Origin: an uncultured Holophaga sp.
Lineage (GTDB): Bacteria; Acidobacteriota; Holophagae; Holophagales; Holophagaceae
Direction of reading: 5' to 3'
NCBI GenBank assembly: GCA_963664825.1
Contig: OY761614.1
Coordinates: 2,080,001-2,144,000, forward strand
DNA: 64,000 nt
Shown here: positions 8,766 to 17,407 of the stretch, piece by piece
Numbering within the stretch: the stretch's first letter is position 1
How the letters are laid out: each line of letters opens with the position of its first letter
Position numbers and translations under genes: made by a program
The notes under the pieces: model-generated
The model's input: the letters and a program-made list of their open reading frames with translations, nothing else
Database searches by the model: none
What the model was told of the DNA's origin: nothing

Positions 8766-10085
8766 ATGCGCATCCTCATCCAGAACGGCACCCTCATCAC
8801 CTTCGGCTCGCCCTGCCGCGTGCTGGAGGGCCATTCCATGCTCCTGGAGGATGGGCTGATCGCGAAGGTCGCCCCGCACATCGAGGGCCCCTTCGACCGG
8901 GTGCTGGATGCCAAGGGCCAGGTGGTGATGCCGGGCCTCGTGAACGCCCACATGCACTTCTACTCGACGCTGGTGCGGGGCCTGGGCAAGGCCGAACCCA
9001 GCGCCAGCTTCCAGGAGGTGCTGGACCATCTGTGGTGGCGCCTGGACCGAAAGCTGAGCCTGGACGACGTGGAGATGAGCGCCCGGATCATGCTGGTGGA
9101 GGCCATCCGCAAGGGCACCACCACCCTTGTGGATCATCACGCCAGCCCCGGCTCCGTGCGGGGTTCCTTGGATCGCATCGCCCTGGCCGTGAAGGAAATG
9201 GGTCTGCGCGCCTGCCTCTGCTACGAACTCTCGGACCGCGATGGGGAGGCCATCCTCGAGGAGGGCCTGGAGGAGAACGCCGCCTTCGCCAAGCGCTGCG
9301 CCCGGGAAGAAGATCCGCAGCTGCGGGCCCTCTTCGGCCTCCATGCGGCCTTCACCCTTTCGGATTCTTCCCTGGACCGAGCCTCGGTCCTGGGCCATGA
9401 CCTCGGCACCGGCTTCCATGTGCATGTGGCGGAAGCCGCTTCCGACGTGGCCTTCAACCGCGAGCACCATGGCCTCAGCTCCGTGGCCCGTCTCGACGCC
9501 CATGGCCTGCTGGGGCCGAAGAGCCTCGCCGGCCATGCCGTGCACGTGGACGAGGCCGATATGGAGATCCTTGCCCGCACGGGCACCTTCGTGGCCCACA
9601 ATCCCCAGTCCAATCTCAACAATGCCGTGGGCATCGCCAACGTGGTGGAACTGGTCAAGCGCGGCGTGCGCGTGGGGTTGGGCACGGACGCCATGACCGT
9701 CAATATGCTGGAGGAAGTGCGGGTGGGCCTCTTCGCCCAGCATCTCCGCCAGGAGAATCCCAGCTGCGGCTTCATGGAACTCACCAATGCGCTCTTCCTG
9801 CGCAACCCCGAATTGGCCAGTCGGCTCTGGGGCTTTCCCATCGGGCGTCTGGAAGAGGGCGCTGTCGCCGATGTCATCCTGATGGATTACCACGCCCCCA
9901 CGCCCCTGGATGACAGCACCGTCCTGGGTCATCTCGTCTTCGGCATCTCCCAGGGAACCGTGGACACCACCATCTGCGGCGGCCGCATCCTCATGGAGGG
10001 CAAGCGCCTGAAGATCGACGTGGACGAGGCCGAACTCGCCGCCCGCAGCCGGGTCCTGGCCAAGGACCTCTGGGAGAGGTTCTAG
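8766..10085 (+). CDS. ssnA: Putative aminohydrolase SsnA
   Basis: MPGLVNAHMHFYS, WWRLD, DHHASP, CYELSDRDG, GLHAAFT, HVHVAE, HNPQSNLNNAVG, LGTD. Confidence 0.9.
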   Translation: MRILIQNGTLITFGSPCRVLEGHSMLLEDGLIAKVAPHIEGPFDRVLDAKGQVVMPGLVNAHMHFYSTLVRGLGKAEPSASFQEVLDHLWWRLDRKLSLDDVEMSARIMLVEAIRKGTTTLVDHHASPGSVRGSLDRIALAVKEMGLRACLCYELSDRDGEAILEEGLEENAAFAKRCAREEDPQLRALFGLHAAFTLSDSSLDRASVLGHDLGTGFHVHVAEAASDVAFNREHHGLSSVARLDAHGLLGPKSLAGHAVHVDEADMEILARTGTFVAHNPQSNLNNAVGIANVVELVKRGVRVGLGTDAMTVNMLEEVRVGLFAQHLRQENPSCGFMELTNALFLRNPELASRLWGFPIGRLEEGAVADVILMDYHAPTPLDDSTVLGHLVFGISQGTVDTTICGGRILMEGKRLKIDVDEAELAARSRVLAKDLWERF

Positions 10086-10103
10086 CCGGATCGCGTCGAG
10101 GGT

Positions 10104-11000
10104 CTAGGGCTTCAGGACCGGTTTTCGCATGGCTCCGGGATGGATCGGCAGCCAGTGATCCACGAAGAGGGGCTGGGCGACCTTGTCGGCGGCCTTCAGG
10201 CGCTTGAGGGTGCCGGACTGGTCCCGGGCCGCCAGGACGATGGCGAAGGCATGGGAGAGGGCCGCGAAGGAGGTGAGGCTGAAGCTGAAGAGCAGATCCT
10301 CGCTGGGCACGGGGATGAGGATATCGGCGTAGGGCGCCAGGGGGGAGGCCTTCTGGTCGGAGAAGGCGAGCACGGGGACGCCATTCTGCTTGGCGAAGAT
10401 GGCCGCGTCCACCGTCTCCCGGCTGTAGGGCGCGAAGCTGATTACCACCAGCAGGTCCTTGGGCCTCAGATTGGCGACCTGGTTGGAGAAGTCCGAAGGC
10501 AGGGCCGCGATGCAGGGCACACCGGCCTGGGTGAGGTAGAAGGCGAAGATCTGGCCCATGACGTGTCCCACGCCTCGGCCCAGGATCACGCGATGATTGG
10601 CCTGCACCAGCACCTGGGTGGCAGATTCCAACAGGGTGTGATCCACGGCCTGGATCATCCGCGTGAGGTGTTCCCCGTCCCGCCGCACCACTTCACCCAG
10701 GGTGCCGAACATATCGGTGGGGACTTCCAACTGCTCCAGCTCCGCCTCTCCGGAACGGGCCGTGCAGGCCTCCCGAAGGGCATCCCTGAATTCACTGAAG
10801 CCCTTGTAGCCCAGGCGCTTGGCGAAGCGCATCACCGAACCGACGCTCACCTGCGCCCGCTCGGCCATGGACTCGATGCCCCAGAGGGCGCCCAGGAGCG
10901 GATCTCCCATCAGGAGATCGGCGATGGTGCGCTGGGCCTCCGGCAGATCACGGTAGGCTTCCGCGAGGCGGACCTGGATATCGGGGGTGTCGGATGGCAT
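10104..11000 (-). CDS. MurR/RpiR family transcriptional regulator (HTH + SIS)
   Basis: HTH SVGSVMRFAKRLGYKGFSEF; SIS domain ISFAPYSRET..SDQKASPL. Start uncertain (11000 or 11006). Confidence 0.88.
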   Translation of the reverse strand: MPSDTPDIQVRLAEAYRDLPEAQRTIADLLMGDPLLGALWGIESMAERAQVSVGSVMRFAKRLGYKGFSEFRDALREACTARSGEAELEQLEVPTDMFGTLGEVVRRDGEHLTRMIQAVDHTLLESATQVLVQANHRVILGRGVGHVMGQIFAFYLTQAGVPCIAALPSDFSNQVANLRPKDLLVVISFAPYSRETVDAAIFAKQNGVPVLAFSDQKASPLAPYADILIPVPSEDLLFSFSLTSFAALSHAFAIVLAARDQSGTLKRLKAADKVAQPLFVDHWLPIHPGAMRKPVLKP

Positions 11001-11010
11001 GTTCATGGTC

Positions 11011-11042
11011 TTGAAATAGTTTACCATGATAAAAATATTCCA
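11011..11042. promoter_or_regulatory. AT-rich divergent promoter / possible RpiR operator
   Basis: ttgaaatagtttaccatgataaaaatattcca stands out from GC-rich flanks between divergent rpiR and the ROK gene. Confidence 0.3.
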
Positions 11043-11142
11043 GATCATTCCGGGGTTGTCATCCCTTCGTTGCCAATGCCCTCCCGGCAGGGGATGCGAT
11101 GGGGTTCCAGCTGCCTAGGATGGAGCCAGGAGTGGACGCGCC

Positions 11143-12108
11143 ATGGGACATACGGGACTCGTGCTGGGAGTCGATATCGGCGGGACCAATACGTCCCTGG
11201 GGCTGGTGGACCAAGAGGGGCGGTGCCACGCCTCGGATTCCATGCCCACCCGCGGCGATCAGGCGCCCCAGCTCTTCTTCCAGCGCCTGCATGCCCGGGC
11301 CCAGGGTCTGCTGGAGGGCCTGGGGGAGGGCTTCGAACTTCTGGGGATCGGCATGGGGGCGCCCAATGCCAACTACGCCCGGGGAACCATTGAGAACCCT
11401 CCCAATCTCAGCTGGGGCCGTGTGGATCTGCGCTTGGAATGGTCCCCGTACTTCCAGGTGCCCGTGGTGGCCACCAATGACGCCAATGCCGCGGCCCTGG
11501 GTGAAATGCATTTCGGGGCGGCCCGGGGCATGCGGGACTTCATGGTCATTACCCTGGGGACGGGGCTTGGCAGCGGCATCGTGGTGGATGGCAGGCTGGT
11601 CTATGGTTCCACGGGCTTCGCCGGCGAAGTGGGTCATGTGATCGTGGATCCCCAAGGCCGCCTCTGTGGCTGCGGACGCCGGGGCTGCCTGGAGACCTTC
11701 GCCTCGGCCACGGGCATCCGGCGCACGGTCCTGGAGCTGCTGGAGGCCGGGTCCCTGGCCACGGAGCTGCGGGAGGTGCCTCCTCCCGAACTCAGCTCCC
11801 GGAGGATCTTCGAGGCCGCCCAGGGGGGCGATGCCCTGGCCCTGGAAGCCTTCCGGATCACCGGCGATATCCTGGGCCGAAAGCTGGCGGATGCCGTGGT
11901 CTTCACTAGCCCCGAGGCCATCATCCTGTTCGGAGGCCTGGCCGGAGCCGGAGCCCTGCTCTTCGATCCCACCCGGCGAGCCTTGGAGGAAAACCTCTTC
12001 CCCATCTTCAGGAACACGGTGAAGCTCCTGCCCTCGGGCATCCAGGGCGGCCAGGCCGCGATCCTGGGCGCGAGCGCCCTGGGTTGGGACGCGCTCACCA
12101 AGGGCTAA
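11143..12108 (+). CDS. ROK family sugar kinase (glucokinase-like)
   Basis: GVDIGGT, NDANAAALGE, TLGTGLGSG, AGEVGH, CGCGRRGCLE. Confidence 0.92.
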   Translation: MGHTGLVLGVDIGGTNTSLGLVDQEGRCHASDSMPTRGDQAPQLFFQRLHARAQGLLEGLGEGFELLGIGMGAPNANYARGTIENPPNLSWGRVDLRLEWSPYFQVPVVATNDANAAALGEMHFGAARGMRDFMVITLGTGLGSGIVVDGRLVYGSTGFAGEVGHVIVDPQGRLCGCGRRGCLETFASATGIRRTVLELLEAGSLATELREVPPPELSSRRIFEAAQGGDALALEAFRITGDILGRKLADAVVFTSPEAIILFGGLAGAGALLFDPTRRALEENLFPIFRNTVKLLPSGIQGGQAAILGASALGWDALTKG

Positions 12109-12145
12109 GATACTTCGACTCCCCCCACAACCTTCCGGTGTGCCC

Positions 12146-13609
12146 ATGATTCCTGCCCTTTTCAGACGCACGTTCCTGGCGCTTGCGATCCTCCTGCCCT
12201 GTGGGGGGGCGCAGTCGGCTCCCGTCCTCGAGACCCTGCCTCCCGGCCAGCGATGGCTGGATCACTTCCGGGAGGATCTCCTGCCCTTCTGGAATCTGCC
12301 GGACGCCTGGGGAAGCCCCAAAGGGAACTTCCCCACCTTCCGCTGCAATGATGGCCATCGGGCCTCCAGCACTCAGCCTTGCCCCGAGATCACCTGGGCC
12401 CCGGGGTGGATCAAGGAGGGGCTCGGCTGCGAATTCGTGCGCATGAAATCGCGACAGACCTACTTCTACGGGGTGGCCTACCACCTCACGGGGGATCCGA
12501 AGCTGCTCGCCCTGGCCCGGGATGGCGTGCAGTATCTCCGGCAGCATGCCCTGGAAAAGGAGAGCGGCAGCGCCATCTCCTACTGGGAGAAGGGCGTGGC
12601 CGGGCCTCCGCTCCTGCAGCGCACGAGCCAGGATCTGGCCTACGCCCAGCTCGGCATGGCGATGTACTACTACCTCACCCGGGACAAGGCAGTGCTGGCC
12701 GATATCCTGCGCCTGAAGGCGCACATCTTCAGCCAGTATTGGAATCCGGATTGGGGCATGCTTCGATGGGCGGTCCAGGACGAGAAGGGCGCGGAGGATA
12801 AGCGCCAGGAACTGGTGGCCCAGCTCGATCAGATCAACGCCTACATGCTGCTGCTCACGCCCATCCTGCCGGAGCCCTATCGCGCCCAGTGGAAGCGGGA
12901 TCTGGTGAGGCTCGCCCGGGTGATGATCGAACAGTATTTCGCTCCGGAGCGCCACCTCTTCTGGGGCACGATCCAGGATGCCCGCGGCAAGACCCTGGGT
13001 GCGCGGCACACGGACTTCGGTCACACGGCCAAGGCCCTGTGGATGATCGAACGCATCGGGCGCCTCACGGGGGAAAGGGCCCTGGTGGACTTCGCCAGCC
13101 GGGAAGGGCGGGAGGTCCTTGCCCAGGCCTATCTGGCCGATTCAGGCTCCTGGGCCTCCCGTCCCCAGGCCGATGGCAGCCTGGATATGGGCAAGGAATG
13201 GTGGATCTACGCCGAGCTCGACCAGCTCGCCGCGACCCTGGCTCTGACTGATCCTGCCCAGGGACGCTACCTGGCGAAGACCTACGATTACTGGCTGCGC
13301 TTCATGGTGGACCACGCCCAGCACGAGATTTATGCCTGGGTGGATGGGCGCGATAACAAGGGCAGTCCGGGGCTCAAGATCCACGCCTGGAAGAGTGGCT
13401 ACCACTCTTCCGAACACGCGCTGGTGAGCTACATAACCTCCCAGGCGCTGCACGGAAGGCCCGTCACGCTCTTCTACGCCTTCGCGTCCCCGGATCCCGG
13501 GGTGCGCCCCTATTTCTTCTCTGCCAGGCCCGTGCAGACACGAGTCACGGCCCTGGCAGGCTTTCCGGGCCTGCGGAAGATCCGCGTCCGTTTTGCGGGC
13601 CTGCGCTAA
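12146..13609 (+). CDS. AGE-family (N-acylglucosamine/cellobiose 2-epimerase-like) protein with predicted signal peptide
   Basis: N-terminal RRTFLALAILLPCGGAQSA; LLPFW, SRQTY, DFGHTAK, KEWWIYAE, KSGYHSSEH resemble AGE-superfamily motifs. Confidence 0.7.
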   Translation: MIPALFRRTFLALAILLPCGGAQSAPVLETLPPGQRWLDHFREDLLPFWNLPDAWGSPKGNFPTFRCNDGHRASSTQPCPEITWAPGWIKEGLGCEFVRMKSRQTYFYGVAYHLTGDPKLLALARDGVQYLRQHALEKESGSAISYWEKGVAGPPLLQRTSQDLAYAQLGMAMYYYLTRDKAVLADILRLKAHIFSQYWNPDWGMLRWAVQDEKGAEDKRQELVAQLDQINAYMLLLTPILPEPYRAQWKRDLVRLARVMIEQYFAPERHLFWGTIQDARGKTLGARHTDFGHTAKALWMIERIGRLTGERALVDFASREGREVLAQAYLADSGSWASRPQADGSLDMGKEWWIYAELDQLAATLALTDPAQGRYLAKTYDYWLRFMVDHAQHEIYAWVDGRDNKGSPGLKIHAWKSGYHSSEHALVSYITSQALHGRPVTLFYAFASPDPGVRPYFFSARPVQTRVTALAGFPGLRKIRVRFAGLR

Positions 13610-13613
13610 ATCG

Positions 13614-15938
13614 CTATCGCCTGTAGATCACCGATGTGAGCGGGGCCAGGGTCACCGTCTTTCCGTCCGTGCTGAGTGTGACGCCGGTGGGAGAGGGGAT
13701 GGCCGTGAGGCCTGCGGAGGCGCCATCGGTCAGGAGCTGGCCCGCGCTCAAATCGGCATCCACGGGGAAGTCGTGAGCGACGGAATCGGCGTTGTGGAGC
13801 ACGTACCAGGTGCCCGTGCTATCCGTGGAAATGGCCTTGTACCCGAAGGCCAGTGTGCTCGTTCCCGCGCCGCTGGCGGGGATGGACGTCACGTTGGCAG
13901 GGATGGACGCATCGGGCAGGCGGAAGGCGTTGGTGGCCTTCCTGATCGCGATCAGGCCCTGGGTGTATTTGTAGAGCTTGTAGCCGTTCTGGGCGGTGTC
14001 GTAGTTGGCGAAGCCGCCGGAGACCGGATCGCCGGAATAGACCGTGGACCACTTCACCATGTTGATGGCATCGGAGGCGTTGTAGGAGTTGTCGACGAAG
14101 GTGCGGGTGCCGTTGCTCTTGGTGTTGCTGGCGGTGCTGGAGGCCGTGGTCTCCTTGGTGCGGAACATCTCGTCGCCCGCATGGAGGAAGGCTGCCCCCT
14201 GGGAGCTCAGCAGGATGGCGTAGGCGATGCGGGCGCGCTTGAGGACGGTGGCGTCATCGGCCTTCGTGGCGCTGGTGGCCAGGGAAAGGACGTCATATAG
14301 ACAGAGATTGTCATGGCAGGTGAGGTAGTTGATGACGTTATTGGTGGAACCCGGTACGAAGCCATTGCTGGGAAGTCCCGAGATATTCGAAAGGAGCGCG
14401 CTGACCGTCTGGGCTGTGCCCGTCAGGAAGGCCTTGCCTCCATCGTTGGGATAGCCGTTCTTGAAGATCTGGCGGTAGCTATCCGAGAACATGGCCACGT
14501 TCATTCCGGCGAATTTCGAAGCATTGCCCTGATCGGCGCCGGAGGTGGCGTCCCCGTTGTAGTCCGTGCCTGGGCCCGTGTAGTAGCCGGTCCAGCCCTC
14601 ACCCAGGAAGAGGGTGTGCGGATTATGGGCCAGGGCGGCACCGTAGGCGGCCTTGATGGTCTCCGTATCCAGGACGCCCATGAGATCGAAGCGGAAGCCA
14701 TCCACGTGATAGGCCTCCACCCAATGGCCGATGGAATCGACGATGAGCTTGCGCACCATCTTGGATTCGGATTTCACGTCCCGGCTGCCGGCGCCGTTAT
14801 TGCTGCTGGAGCGGTAGTAGTAGCCAGGGATCAGGGATTCCCCCAGGACATTGTTGTTGGCCGTGTGGTTGTAGACCACATCGAGGATCACGCCCATGCC
14901 CTGCCTGTGGATCTCGTTGATGAGGGTCTTGAGCTCCTGGATCCGGGCGCCTGGGTTGCTGGGATTGGCCGAATACATCCCCGTGGGTGTGAAGTAATTC
15001 TGGGGATCGTAGCCCCAGTTGTAGTTCGCGCCGGAGGTCTGTGCTGCGTCCAGCTCCCGGGTGCCGATCTTGGTCTGTTCGTAGGTGTAGTTGGCGAGGG
15101 GGCAGAGCAGCTGGACATGGGTGACGCCCAGCTTCTGGACATGGGGGAGCATGTCCACCAGGGCCTTGAATGTGCCCCAGGTGTGACCCGACGCCGTAAA
15201 GGTGAGTGTTGGGTCCACCGTGAGGTCCCGCACACCGGCCTCGTAGATGATCGCATCCCGGTTGGAGGTGAAGGTGTAGGGGGCGGCCGTTGAACCATCG
15301 ACGCCCTTCATCTTCGAACCATCGAAGTAGGCGGTTGTGTTGTAGGGCGCCCAGCCCCCATCGGGGGCCTGGGCAGCAGGGTCCAGGATGGCGCCCTTGC
15401 CGATGGAATCTCCAGGGATGCTGCTGGAGGTGGTGTGCATCCACTGGGCCATGGATTTGGCGTAGGGGTCCAGCAGATACGTGGCGCCGACGTTGTAGGC
15501 GTAGTAGTTCTGGGTCGGCAGAGGCACGGATCCGCTGGACCAGACGCCTCCGGCGCCCTTGGTCAGGCTGAGGGTGGCAGCGGGGGATGCGAGTGCATCG
15601 TTCCAATGTGCGTACAGGTTCACGCTCACCGCACTAGCCACGGGATTCCAGTAGTTGAAGGTCACGTTGGCGCCACTGACCACCGCGCCTAAGGGGGTGC
15701 TGGGCACGCCGAAGTAGGCCGTGTCCACCGTGGGGGTGGCGTTGGGGTCGGCGTCATAGTTGGTGGAGGGCGTCGTGGATGCGGAGGATCCACTCCCACC
15801 GCCGCAGCCCAGGAATCCCAGAGAAAGGGCGAGCCCACAGGCCGCCAAGGCGCGGATCGGGCGGGGCCGCGGGGAGGGGAATCCCGGCCTATGAAACCGG
15901 TTCCAAATTGTGGCGAAGGTCTTTTCACCTTTGGTCAT
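13614..15938 (-). CDS. Type I pullulanase-like GH13 lipoprotein (CBM48 + catalytic domain)
   Basis: GGAGG RBS before ATG 15938; lipobox FLGC; YNWGYDP, DVVYNH, DGFRFDLMG, LGEGW, CHDN. Confidence 0.88.
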   Translation of the reverse strand: MTKGEKTFATIWNRFHRPGFPSPRPRPIRALAACGLALSLGFLGCGGGSGSSASTTPSTNYDADPNATPTVDTAYFGVPSTPLGAVVSGANVTFNYWNPVASAVSVNLYAHWNDALASPAATLSLTKGAGGVWSSGSVPLPTQNYYAYNVGATYLLDPYAKSMAQWMHTTSSSIPGDSIGKGAILDPAAQAPDGGWAPYNTTAYFDGSKMKGVDGSTAAPYTFTSNRDAIIYEAGVRDLTVDPTLTFTASGHTWGTFKALVDMLPHVQKLGVTHVQLLCPLANYTYEQTKIGTRELDAAQTSGANYNWGYDPQNYFTPTGMYSANPSNPGARIQELKTLINEIHRQGMGVILDVVYNHTANNNVLGESLIPGYYYRSSSNNGAGSRDVKSESKMVRKLIVDSIGHWVEAYHVDGFRFDLMGVLDTETIKAAYGAALAHNPHTLFLGEGWTGYYTGPGTDYNGDATSGADQGNASKFAGMNVAMFSDSYRQIFKNGYPNDGGKAFLTGTAQTVSALLSNISGLPSNGFVPGSTNNVINYLTCHDNLCLYDVLSLATSATKADDATVLKRARIAYAILLSSQGAAFLHAGDEMFRTKETTASSTASNTKSNGTRTFVDNSYNASDAINMVKWSTVYSGDPVSGGFANYDTAQNGYKLYKYTQGLIAIRKATNAFRLPDASIPANVTSIPASGAGTSTLAFGYKAISTDSTGTWYVLHNADSVAHDFPVDADLSAGQLLTDGASAGLTAIPSPTGVTLSTDGKTVTLAPLTSVIYRR
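15891..15905. promoter_or_regulatory. LacI-type operator inside the pullulanase 5' coding region
   Basis: atgaaaccggttcca matches the palindrome at 17295-17310. Confidence 0.55.
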
Positions 15939-16014
15939 GAGGGCCTCCAGGGTGAGGAGATTCAAGGGGGACGATCTTCAGGCGGCTTTAAGATCGGCGT
16001 GAAGACTCAGGATG

Positions 16015-16977
16015 TCAACGGGGGGCGGGGCCCAGGGTGGCGCCTTCCACGAGGCTCACCGGCACGACTTTCTGGCGCACGGCGTTCTTCTCGATGGCGG
16101 CCAGGGCCAGGGAGACCGCCATGTGGGCGATGGCAGGGATGTCCTGAGCCACGGAGGCCAGGCCTGGGTAGAGTTCCGTCAGGCCATCGAAGCCTAGGAC
16201 CGAGACATCCTTGGGCACATCAATGCCCAGATCCTCCAGGGCGCCCAGGGCGCCGATGGCCATTTCGTCGGTGGCACAGAAGACAGCGGTGGGGCGGCGG
16301 CCCTGCTTCCAGGCATCGCGCATCAGCCGGTAGCCGCCCAGGACGGAACCATCACCCCGCACCGTCGCCGTCTCCAAGTTCTTCAGTCCCGAGGCCGATA
16401 GTCCAGCCTCGAAGCCGTTGGCGCGCTCCCGGGCCCACTGGAGATCATCCCCCACGCTGAGGTGCAGCAACCGCCGGTGTCCCAGGGCCAGCATCCTTTC
16501 GGCGGCCAGGTATCCGCCGCCCAGATCATCCGGGGTCACGGTGGAGATCCCGGGGTAGTGCCCGATCAAGACGGCGGGGGTGCGGCGGGCCGCCAGCGCC
16601 GCCAGGCGCGTGTCGATATCGGCGCAGTGGAACATCAGCACGGCATCGAAATGGCGCCGCACATGGGTGATATCCAGGGGCAGTTCGATGACCTGGGTGG
16701 CGCGCATCTGCATTTCATGCAGGAGCGCCCGCCAGATCAGGTTGAAGTAAGGGGAGAGGCGATTGGCCCCGGCTCCCACCCAGATGCCCAGCGTGTGTTT
16801 GGTGCGCATGGAGAGTTCGCGAGCCACGGGATCCGGCACATAGTCGAGCCGTTTCATGACCTCCAGCACGTTCTGGCGGGTCCTCGTGGCCACCGTGGAC
16901 TTGGCGTTGATGACCCGGCTCACCGTGCCCTTGGACACAGCCGCTTGGCGGGCGATTTCGCCGATGGTGATCTTCAT
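16015..16977 (-). CDS. LacI family transcriptional regulator (maltose/maltodextrin locus)
   Basis: TIGEIARQAAVSKGTVSRVIN HTH; PTAVFCATDEMAIG, VSVLGFDG. Confidence 0.93.
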   Translation of the reverse strand: MKITIGEIARQAAVSKGTVSRVINAKSTVATRTRQNVLEVMKRLDYVPDPVARELSMRTKHTLGIWVGAGANRLSPYFNLIWRALLHEMQMRATQVIELPLDITHVRRHFDAVLMFHCADIDTRLAALAARRTPAVLIGHYPGISTVTPDDLGGGYLAAERMLALGHRRLLHLSVGDDLQWARERANGFEAGLSASGLKNLETATVRGDGSVLGGYRLMRDAWKQGRRPTAVFCATDEMAIGALGALEDLGIDVPKDVSVLGFDGLTELYPGLASVAQDIPAIAHMAVSLALAAIEKNAVRQKVVPVSLVEGATLGPAPR

Positions 16978-17090
16978 GGGTATCGCTTTCCGGATTCAGC
17001 GTGGACACTACGTATGGTTTATTTGGGGATGACCTGACTGGACTCTTCATCAATAGCCATCCAGGGCCCCATATGTCAATGCGTCTTGAT

Positions 17091-17310
17091 TGTAATCGGT
17101 TCCAAAAATTTTATGGCCTGACCTGGTTGAGACGAGTTATGAAAAACAAGGCAATAAAAAAAACTGGTTGACAAGGTTCCCGCCAGGGACAAATATTTCC
17201 AGGCTCATTGCAACCGGTTTCATTTCTCAGGCACGAGTTCCCCCTATCGCCATCAGGCGGCTTTCGGTCGGGCCTGTTTTCTTCCTCGATGTGTATGAAA
17301 CCGGTTTCAT
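17091..17310. promoter_or_regulatory. Three LacI-type operators (TGxAACCGGTTxCA) in the divergent promoter
   Basis: tgtaatcggttcca 17091-17104, ttgcaaccggtttcat 17208-17223, perfect palindrome atgaaaccggtttcat 17295-17310. Confidence 0.8.
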
Positions 17311-17407
17311 GAAAATGGTAAATTTAAAGATGTCAACAAAACTAGCACGGCAATGTCCAAGTCCGCTCGATACCTCGGAAAGCCCCATCGGAAAGGAACG
17401 ACAGTCC

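Noticed and set aside
17168..17407. N-terminal extensions in the ORF track (also 3196, 5549, 32984, 37035, 37603, 37783, 41279, 59577)
   Set aside because: They overlap operators or neighbouring genes; downstream starts have RBSs or stop/start overlaps and fit family N-termini.
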